Made by a program: the position numbers and the translations under genes. Shown in pieces: positions 8,629-16,800 of a stretch of 32,934 nt of DNA. Below the pieces are notes generated by a model. That model was given only the letters and a program-made list of their open reading frames with translations, was not told where the DNA came from and did not search any database. Position 1 is the first letter of the stretch; every line of letters begins with the position of its first letter. This DNA is from Euryarchaeota archaeon UBA550 (GTDB lineage Archaea; Thermoplasmatota; Poseidoniia; Poseidoniales; Poseidoniaceae), in contig DAYA01000065.1 in assembly GCA_002506705.1 (NCBI GenBank), positions 1-32,934 on the forward strand. Reading direction: 5' to 3'.

Positions 8629-9704
8629 TCGATTTGTGACAAGTATTCCTTTAGAGAAATAATTGGGTCAATTGCTGATGGGTCTTTTCCATGTAGTAAA
8701 GCGAGAGCAATAGATAGCCAATCCGTCATAATGCAAAGATGAAGTAAGCACTCTAGCAAACTTTCTCCATCACCGTGAATTTTCCAAGCCAATTCGGTTG
8801 GACAATTAGATACGAACCAATCCATTCTGTGTCGTACACGAGGATGGATTCCATCCCATGAGAGGAGAAGTAGTGCTTGGTCTGCAGCAGATGGGTCTTG
8901 ATCATCTCCAACTCCTCCCCATGCCACAGACTCGTTGTGATTCATTTCGGGGAACGCTCCAATACGTGCAAATCTGGATGAATTCTCATTCAACTGATTC
9001 TTGAAGCGGTTAACCGCTGGCATCAGTTCTTCAGGACCTAGTATAGCGATTGGGTTTTGCATTAGGTTTAGAGCAAGGCTAGCAACATCACCTTCTGGAT
9101 GGGTGATGATGTCATTATCTTCTACGGCTAATTGTAGTCTCATCAGTGCGTGTTCTGAGATTTCTGCCTGAAGTATTCCAATTTCCACAAGTAGTGATAA
9201 TTGTCTTGAAAATATGTGGCCAAAAGCGGACCTGGGTGGCTGGCCAGATGGACAGGAGATTAGGTATGCCCTCTCGGATAACTCACACATTCCTGCAAGT
9301 TCACCGCCGCTTGAAATCACTACAATTGTAGCATCATTCTTTAGCGCTTGGCGGCAAGCTTCGAGTGTTTCCTCTGTATTTCCTGAGTATGATGTTGCTA
9401 GGACTAGCCAGTCCGGTGTCCACCAGTTTGGTAGGTCATATCCCCTATGACATCTTACTGGAACCGCACCGCTTTCATCACACAAGACTGAGAGAAAATC
9501 TCCACCTGCTGCGGAACCCCCCATTCCAAGGCAGAGCACTCCACTCCAACCAGTGTCGAGGTCATCAAGCCAAGGCAACAACTCTCGGTTTACAGCCTCT
9601 CTTCCTTTGCGTATGTCGTTGACGAAGGACCGACTGAAACCGATCATGTCCTGCTTGTCAAGGGCGGTTGCCAAGCGAATCATGCCTTCTTCCATTTCAC
9701 TCAC
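8625..9704 (-). CDS. Bifunctional phosphoglucose/phosphomannose isomerase (SIS domain)
   Basis: GMGGSA, SYSGNTEET, SSGG, QPPRSA, RFKNQLNEN, PEMNHNE. Confidence 0.92.
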   Translation of the reverse strand: MSEMEEGMIRLATALDKQDMIGFSRSFVNDIRKGREAVNRELLPWLDDLDTGWSGVLCLGMGGSAAGGDFLSVLCDESGAVPVRCHRGYDLPNWWTPDWLVLATSYSGNTEETLEACRQALKNDATIVVISSGGELAGMCELSERAYLISCPSGQPPRSAFGHIFSRQLSLLVEIGILQAEISEHALMRLQLAVEDNDIITHPEGDVASLALNLMQNPIAILGPEELMPAVNRFKNQLNENSSRFARIGAFPEMNHNESVAWGGVGDDQDPSAADQALLLLSWDGIHPRVRHRMDWFVSNCPTELAWKIHGDGESLLECLLHLCIMTDWLSIALALLHGKDPSAIDPIISLKEYLSQID

Positions 9705-10752
9705 CGTCCATCCCTAATCTTGGTAGACAAATCCATTCACCATCAATTCTTGCCAACAAAAGCTTCCTACCCGGCGTATGTTCGAACGGTAATCGAACAG
9801 CGGTCATCTTCCAATCGTTAGGGTCTAAGAATTCAGCAACAGATGCATCTTCGTTGATAGAATCGGCATAAACGAACTCACTTAGTCGTGCTACGACATT
9901 TGCGTTTTCCAAATCCCGCCAAGTTGCACCTGTTCTTTCACGTCTCTCGATTCGCTCGAGGATTGCACCTTCTCCCGTCCATGTTGAAGGCCGCCACAGG
10001 CTTCCTCTCCATCTAACTACATCACCTAATTCGTAGCCTGGTTTTCTGTAAAGAAGAGTTAGCCTTGTCAAGTCCACACCGTCTTTTCTGCCTACTACCG
10101 AGGTGGTTGTGGTAATTTGGCCACCATGCTGTGAGATTAGGTGCCTACCCCAAGCTCTCGCTAGGGCTTTCGAGCCAAGAACAACGTCATATCCCCCGGT
10201 AACAGGCCCCTCTTTCGTGATGAAGAACATCGGGTCATCGGGCATCTCTGCTAGAACTGTATCGAGCGTAGCCCGCAGTGTTTGGAACTCTTCTTCAGAT
10301 AACCTACGTGCACTTGAGCGTAGTTGAACGGTGGCTTCGAAATAATTCCCAGCACGTCTTGTGCATGTAAGGCATACTCCGTTTGACATACGAGCACGCA
10401 TAGTATGCTGCTCGGTGTAGAGGAGGTTGTCGATTACCCCTTCAATCTCTAAGTGGATTAGTGTATGTCTTCCATCGACCTCTTGGGCCATAAGTCCCAA
10501 TTCTAAATCTTCGATTTCTGAATGGAACTCAACGTTTCTTGCCACTAATTCGTGCCACAGGTCTTCATCGTCAACGTTACTCCATTTGCCTTGGAAATCA
10601 ATAATTCCACATCTTGCACACTTTGTCCAAGGTGCGTTCTTTGGAACTTTAGCAAGTGTTACTCTATCCCTAGTACACTTCTCACACATCCTATCTGTGA
10701 ATAGTGGGGGGTCTGCTCCGCAGACTAGACAGAATTCACCACCAAGGTCCAT
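9697..10752 (-). CDS. nmd3: NMD3 family ribosome-biogenesis protein
   Basis: CLVCG...CEKC, CARCG, CLTCTRRAGNYFEATVQLR, VVGRKDG. Confidence 0.9.
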   Translation of the reverse strand: MDLGGEFCLVCGADPPLFTDRMCEKCTRDRVTLAKVPKNAPWTKCARCGIIDFQGKWSNVDDEDLWHELVARNVEFHSEIEDLELGLMAQEVDGRHTLIHLEIEGVIDNLLYTEQHTMRARMSNGVCLTCTRRAGNYFEATVQLRSSARRLSEEEFQTLRATLDTVLAEMPDDPMFFITKEGPVTGGYDVVLGSKALARAWGRHLISQHGGQITTTTSVVGRKDGVDLTRLTLLYRKPGYELGDVVRWRGSLWRPSTWTGEGAILERIERRERTGATWRDLENANVVARLSEFVYADSINEDASVAEFLDPNDWKMTAVRLPFEHTPGRKLLLARIDGEWICLPRLGMDGE

Positions 10753-10766
10753 GACTCCACCCCTGA

Positions 10767-10916
10767 TTACTCAGATTCATCCCGGGCTAAAGCCTTCTCC
10801 AAAGAATCGATTTTGTTTTGCAAGGTTTTGGACCTAGCAAAAACAGTCCAAGTCCAAAGGGCGAGTGCACCAATCATACCTAGGTATGCTACGGTAAGGT
10901 AGGTTTGACCACTCAT
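10767..10916 (-). CDS. CcmD-like small single-pass membrane protein (49 aa)
   Basis: MSGQTYLTVAYLGMIGALALWTWTVFARSKTLQNKIDSLEKALARDESE*. ATG overlaps the ccmC stop (ATGA). YxxxAY + TM helix + charged coiled-coil tail is the CcmD pattern. Below the ORF-track length cutoff. Confidence 0.75.
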   Translation of the reverse strand: MSGQTYLTVAYLGMIGALALWTWTVFARSKTLQNKIDSLEKALARDESE

Positions 10917-11611
10917 CTCATCCTCTCCTCGTATTGGCCCTGCAATTCCTCTAAGCGCATTTCCAATTTAGTTAGTCGCATACCAGCCATGACGTATCCT
11001 ACGGTTAAGGTAGTGAACGAGATGGCTCCAAGGAATAGTACAATGCTCATGTCAGAATTTAGTGAACCTTCCGAGGTTGCAACAACCGGTCCAGGGTGCC
11101 TAATTTGCCAAAGTCTAGTTGCGATGTAAGTCAGAGGAACCAAAGCGAATCCAAACATTCCGAAGGCGGCAAATGTGTCTCTAGTTTCTACACCATCAGG
11201 TTGCGACCTTCGCCCCATTACGAGGTACAGAGAAAGAAGTGTTAGTATCGCAAACGTGTTCAATCTAACATCGGTCCAATCCCAAGGAACTCCCCATTCA
11301 GCAGCACCCCAAATACATCCGGACCAAACACACATCAGTCCAGTTGCTAGACCAGCTTCGCTGCTAGCGACATGCAGTCTCCACGCCCAATCGCTTCTTT
11401 TGAAAAACCAGTAAATCGAGCCGACAAAAAGTAAGCCAAATGCGATCATTGCAGCCCAAGCGCTTGGTACGTGCCAGTAGAAAATCCTCTGGGCTTCTGG
11501 TGCCTTGAAAGCACTGATTGAAACAGATGGTGCCCACATCATTCCCAGCCACAAAGTCACGGCAGCCCCGGCAAAACCGAGCATTGCCACGACCTCACCT
11601 TTGATGTTCAT
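10913..11611 (-). CDS. ccmC: Heme-handling protein CcmC (cytochrome c maturation system I)
   Basis: RIFYWHVPSAW (His ligand 1), WWD motif WGAAEWGVPWDWTDVRLN, LWQIRHP (His ligand 2), about 6 TM helices. Start uncertain: ATG 11611 preferred, ORF extends to TTG 11641. Confidence 0.88.
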   Translation of the reverse strand: MNIKGEVVAMLGFAGAAVTLWLGMMWAPSVSISAFKAPEAQRIFYWHVPSAWAAMIAFGLLFVGSIYWFFKRSDWAWRLHVASSEAGLATGLMCVWSGCIWGAAEWGVPWDWTDVRLNTFAILTLLSLYLVMGRRSQPDGVETRDTFAAFGMFGFALVPLTYIATRLWQIRHPGPVVATSEGSLNSDMSIVLFLGAISFTTLTVGYVMAGMRLTKLEMRLEELQGQYEERMR

Positions 11612-11644
11612 GTCTAACGCCCGCATGGCGCTCATCTTCAATGT

Positions 11645-12823
11645 TCACGCTGTTAGCGTATCAACAACAAGCGCCCATGGTAGAATTAGAATCGGCGTGA
11701 GAAGTCTAATCATGACTGCATTGGGTCTTGCCAGGCGGAGGGTAGCATTGCTCAGCAATCCTACTACCGCTTCGGTTGCAGCACCGAGTATAGCACCAGC
11801 GAGAATCAACTCCAAATTCAATTCAGAGGTAATTGCAGATGCTAACAATGTAAGGCCACCGCACAAGATTAGTGAATGAATAATTGCATTTTGAGGAATA
11901 GCGGATTTTGTGCTCCACCATGCATATGCTCTGTTCTCAAGACTTAGCCTGTGGATTGGATTTCCGCACAGGCCGGCTGTTAGAGCAGGTGCGAGGATAA
12001 ACGCATTCAGGATTCTTCCTTCTAACTGAGATGGGTCTAGTAATGCAAGCATTGCTCCCAATGTTAGCAGTCCAGCGATTCCATTGTTAGCTAATCCTGA
12101 TAGAGTTCTAAGATTTAGGCGATGCCCGACACTTGATTTGCGTGGATTTCCTTTCTTTATTGGAGTGAACTTTCCGTCATCCTGTGTGAATTCTTCTTCT
12201 TCATATGGAAATCGAATCACTCTATGTGAAACTTCGATAATCCTTGAGTCATGGCTTGAGACGAGTATAGCGTGTCCACCCGCCGCTAGATTTCTCAAGG
12301 TGTCTGCTAATTTCTTGATAGAATCATCATCAAGCCCACTGTCCGGCTCGTCCAGTAAAACTGCAACAGGAGTTTGAGAAATCATCGCAGGTATCAATCC
12401 GGATAGAAGGGCTACCTTTCTTCTCTGACCACCCGAAAGCATAGCAATTCTGTCATGGATTCTGTGATCTAATCCCCAAGTTTTCAGTAAACCTTCCACA
12501 TCAAAGTCAAATCCTGCAGCATCGAGAATTCTCTCCCCTACTAACTCGTCACCCATTACGCAATCATCTTGTAAGCAAAGGCCAAAAGTCGGTCTTCCTC
12601 TCCTACCCTCTGAATCCCTAACCAACTGCTCAGAAATCGTCGCAGAACCATTTTCCAGAGGAATCAATCCAGAAGCGGTTTCAATCACGGTTGATTTACC
12701 GCATCCGTTCTCTCCAGCAAGACACACAATATCGCCGCTGTTCACCGATATTGACCATTTGTCAAGAACCTTTGACCGCCCTCTAAGGACGGTGGCCTCT
12801 GACAATTCAATGATGCCCATCAT
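11645..12823 (-). CDS. ABC ATPase (CcmA-like) fused to a C-terminal membrane domain (putative CcmB-like)
   Basis: Walker A GENGCGKST, signature LSGGQRRKVALL, Walker B VLLDEP, H-loop SSHD. Then ~150 aa with about 5 hydrophobic helices ending LLTPILILPW. Directly upstream of ccmC. Confidence 0.72.
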   Translation of the reverse strand: MMGIIELSEATVLRGRSKVLDKWSISVNSGDIVCLAGENGCGKSTVIETASGLIPLENGSATISEQLVRDSEGRRGRPTFGLCLQDDCVMGDELVGERILDAAGFDFDVEGLLKTWGLDHRIHDRIAMLSGGQRRKVALLSGLIPAMISQTPVAVLLDEPDSGLDDDSIKKLADTLRNLAAGGHAILVSSHDSRIIEVSHRVIRFPYEEEEFTQDDGKFTPIKKGNPRKSSVGHRLNLRTLSGLANNGIAGLLTLGAMLALLDPSQLEGRILNAFILAPALTAGLCGNPIHRLSLENRAYAWWSTKSAIPQNAIIHSLILCGGLTLLASAITSELNLELILAGAILGAATEAVVGLLSNATLRLARPNAVMIRLLTPILILPWALVVDTLTA

Positions 12824-12845
12824 GACATGCGAGGGACCGCATTGC

Positions 12846-12852
12846 CTTCAAG
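12846..12852. promoter_or_regulatory. Putative bidirectional TATA-like box CTTCAAG/CTTGAAG
   Basis: 22 nt from both the minus-strand ATG at 12823 and the plus-strand ATG at 12875. Confidence 0.5.
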
Positions 12853-12874
12853 CCGACCCCTCCTCCGGCTGTAC

Positions 12875-13780
12875 ATGGAGGAGGTACTTTTCGCGCTTTG
12901 GGTAGCAGCGATTCTTGGCCCTCTTGCTTGGTCATGGTACCACAAAGCCTCGATTGCCATGGCAATGACATTGTCTCTTTTATTCGGATACATTGTCCAA
13001 TTGATGTGGGGATGGACTCTTGAAAATGACCAACTATCCGAGCTTTATGTTCGAGTTGTTATGATTCCTGCTTTGGTTGAAAGTGGCCACATTCACACTC
13101 TGATAACTAGCGGTTTCCTACATTCTTGGAATAGTCCTCTCCACGTACTTGGAAATATCGTGATTATTGCCCTAGTTGGCATACCTCTTGAAGACAGACT
13201 TGGCAGAGGGAAATGGTTGATTTCATACATGATTGGATTGTTGGGTGGATCTATTGCTTGGACGATAGCAAACGGGGGCTCATACAATCCTGCTTTAGGG
13301 GCATCAGGTGCTGCATTTGGGATACTAGGTGCATACCTTTGTGGATGGCCAGAAGACGAGGTCTTTTTCCCGATGATTCTTATCAGAAAATGGCCGGTTC
13401 AATTTATCGCTTTGTTTTACTTTGGATTCGAGATTTACAAAGCGTGGCAGGTATACGGATTATCACAGGCCAGCCACGTAGCTCACATAGCCCACTTTGG
13501 CGGTTTTATTTTGGCTTACGCAACTCTGCCGATATTGAAGAGAAATATCGAATGGGAAGGAGAGGTAGAGTTAGTTGAAATTTCAAGTGAAAATCCGTTC
13601 GAAGGCGTTGACGATTTAGTCAAACGTCTGCAAGAAGAAGGTGACGAAAAAGAAACACGCCAAGCATGGCTTGAGGAAATTGCTGATAGGGCCAAATGTC
13701 CGGTTTGTGGAGGAAATTTGCACCTAAAAAAGATGAGAATCAGATGCGACTCCGATTCATCGCATGTAGCATGGCCTTGA
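12875..13780 (+). CDS. Rhomboid intramembrane serine protease with C-terminal zinc ribbon
   Basis: TSGFLH...HVLGN, catalytic GASG and AHIAHFGG, tail CPVCG...C...H. ATG at 12875 preferred over 12827. Confidence 0.92.
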   Translation: MEEVLFALWVAAILGPLAWSWYHKASIAMAMTLSLLFGYIVQLMWGWTLENDQLSELYVRVVMIPALVESGHIHTLITSGFLHSWNSPLHVLGNIVIIALVGIPLEDRLGRGKWLISYMIGLLGGSIAWTIANGGSYNPALGASGAAFGILGAYLCGWPEDEVFFPMILIRKWPVQFIALFYFGFEIYKAWQVYGLSQASHVAHIAHFGGFILAYATLPILKRNIEWEGEVELVEISSENPFEGVDDLVKRLQEEGDEKETRQAWLEEIADRAKCPVCGGNLHLKKMRIRCDSDSSHVAWP

Positions 13781-13795
13781 GTCCCGTAGGGACTC
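13779..13795 (+). repeat. Intergenic hairpin GAGTCCC-GTA-GGGACTC (copy 2)
   Basis: Perfect 7-bp stem with a GTA loop, overlapping the rhomboid stop codon. Confidence 0.75.
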
Positions 13796-13826
13796 GGAGC
13801 CACCCAAGGTTCATGTGTAATGTAAT

Positions 13827-13841
13827 CCGCCCGTAGGGCGG
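13827..13841 (+). repeat. Intergenic hairpin CCGCCC-GTA-GGGCGG (copy 3)
   Basis: Perfect 6-bp stem, extendable to 13824-13844 with one G-T pair; 10 nt before the subtilase ATG. Confidence 0.75.
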
Positions 13842-13851
13842 GTTGGAATCC

Positions 13852-16800
13852 ATGAGAGGAATTAAAGCACTACTTCTCGCTATCGTTTTTCTCATTGCAG
13901 ACATGTCTGCGCTAACTTCCGCAATGCCGGCCGATGAGCCAGAAATTGGGGAAGAAATAACCGAAGAAATGGCAGATAGGATGCCATTTAGAGGTGAAAG
14001 GCATGCAACCGAGGAATATGGTTGGTGGTTTGCATACGGGCCCGATTCAAACTTTGACGGCATGGATGATCGCCTAGAACAGGTAATCGCAGGAGATGTG
14101 TCACAGTCCACAACAGCAATTATTGGTGCGGATGGTAGAAAGACAGTCGCAATCGTCGTCGATTATGCGTGGCACCCTGGACAAGAGGAAGTCGACGAGT
14201 TAGTCGCTTTACTACGAAACCATGGCTGGGATGCTGAAGGTTCATGGTTCCAAGTAATGGATTCAATCGATTCGATTGTGGTCGACCACGTTCCAGTCAG
14301 CGCTCTTCTTGAGATTCATGCTATTGAATCAGTTGTTGTTGTTGAAATGCAGAACGTGATGTATCCAACATTAGAAAGCGCAAATCCTGCGACTAGAATT
14401 CAGCCGTCAGATGTCTACAGTGGAACTGTGTATGACAGAGGATACGACGGAGAAGGCGTTGTAATCGCTGTACTCGACAGTGGAGTTGACAATGAACACC
14501 GCTCTCTAAACGACTTCGATGATGAGAATGATGAGCCTGATTTGGACCCTAATTCCTATGACGACCAAAAGTGGGTTGCAGGATATGATGCAACTAGCCA
14601 AGCATCCAACCCGGATGGTTCACAAGACCCAGACGATGGACAAGGCCACGGTACTCACGTTGCAGGGATTGCTCTTGGAACTGGGGATTCCAGCAGAGTC
14701 CATATCGGCGCAGCGCCCGGTGCTTTCCTTGTTGATATCAAGGTCCTAACCGATAGCGGTGGTACAAATTCGCAGAACTCATTGAACGGGATTCAATGGA
14801 TGATAAACAACGTTGACACCGATTGGGGTAACGGTGCAAAAGGTATCCAAATTGGCCAAATGTCGTTTGGGTCGATTGGAAACCCAATCAATCAAGACAA
14901 CGGCGACAACGGCACGGGTGCCGAAGCACGTCTTGTGAACAATGCAACATACAACGCAGGTATAGCATGTATCATTGCAGCTGGAAACGATGGCAAGCAA
15001 AGAATTGCATCACCAGGAAGCGCAGATGGTGCGATTACAATCGGTTCAGCAGACAATGCCGACACGATTAACCGCACCGATGATTTCATGGCGTCTTACT
15101 CCAATACTGGGCCTAGATTGAGCGACAATGATAATGATGACTGGGACGAATTAAAGCCCGACTTGGTCGCATTCGGAAGTGGAATTTACTCAGCATCAGC
15201 AGCAACAGGTACATCGTTCCCCGGTACGCCTCGCCCCGAAGCTGACAACGCTTACGAATCAAAAGACGGAACGTCAATGGCAACACCTCTAGTCTCCGGT
15301 GTTGTAGCCTTAATGCTCCAAGCGGATTCAAGCCTAAGTCCGGTTGAAATCAAGGATATACTACGCAACTCCAGTGAGCAAAAGGGTAGCGCATCTGAGC
15401 CTAGTGTGTCAAACAGATGGAATTCTGATTGGGGATTCGGTTCTCTCGATGCATCATGTGCAGTTGACACAGTTTTGGGCAGGTCATGCACTCCTTTCAC
15501 CGACGGAGGAGGCGGCGGTGGAGTCATCGTCGACCCACCAAACGAATCCGATGAAGGAATCATTTTCGATACTCCTGAGAATGGAACATGGTTACTGACT
15601 GGAGATATGATGGAGTTAGAAGGCCGAATTATTGCTGATACAGGTCCATGGAATAGTGTTCAGGTTAGATTGACTCAGTATTACGAAGAAGATGACGAAG
15701 TTGTATTGATGGATTGGCAGGAAGCATCGGTGCAAAACCTGTCATGGTCATTCAACGACCTTATCCCTACAAGTTGGTATGACGCTGATGAAACAGCTGT
15801 GGTTATCGAAGTACAGGCCCTAGGTAGTGGCGACATGGTTTCAAATGCCGCACATTGGGTGAGAATCGGAAGAATGTCGGCTACATTCGGCTCGCCATCA
15901 TCTGGATCCACGCTTTCCGATACGGTCTCTTTCAGTGGTACAGCACAGGGAATTGAACCAAGCGAGTTGATTTTCAGGGTAGACTCCGGAGAATGGAGTT
16001 CCGTTTACACATTCGATGAAGAAGACTACGAAGCGCAAGATTGGTCGTTCACTTGGGATTCAACCGAAGTCGATGATGGGTCTCACAAGATATCTATTCG
16101 CTTGGTCAATAAGAGCGGACTCGAATCAGATATCGTTCGCAGAACTTACACAATAGACAACCTCCCACCTGCTCCTGAGTTAAGATTCCAGGGTTCAGTC
16201 GAGGTATATGACCGAGACGACTTGCCAGCAAGCAGTGCAATTGCAGGAACAATTCTAGAAATTAGATTCAATGTGGTAAATACTGGCGATTTAGACGCTA
16301 CTGATTTACACCTCAAACTAGATGCACCAGGAAGTGAATCCAGCACATATCCAAGCGAAGGCAAAATTCCGAGGCTAAACCAAGGTGAAACCATCGCTGT
16401 AACTCTATGGTGGTGGGCAACTGAGGCAGGTACTCATGATGTGACCATCCAAATAGACCCTAACGGTGCAATGAATGATGATGATAGTGACAATGAGTAC
16501 ACATTCCAATTCGAGGTAGAAGAGCGGCCTCTTGAGCCAACACTTCGATTCCTTACTAGCGCAGTCACTACCTCAAAGCCAATCCCGCAACCGAGTGACG
16601 GTGATGACAAAAAGCCGTATGAGATACGAGTTAGAGTCGACAATTTGGGTCGCACTGATGCTACAGACATCAAAATGACACTATACACATACGTCGAAAA
16701 TGGATTTACTGAAACCGGATCTAACACGATTTCGGTTATTCCGGGCTCAGACACCTCATCTGGAAAGGCTGAAACCGTTTTCTCATATACTCACGATGAA

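Noticed and set aside
10875-10888. Perfect 14-bp palindrome CATACCTAGGTATG
   Set aside because: It lies inside the ccmD-like CDS, and about two palindromes of this length are expected by chance in 33 kb.
13779-13795. Hairpin as a bacterial-type intrinsic terminator
   Set aside because: No U-tract follows; kept as part of the CCCGTAGGG hairpin family instead.
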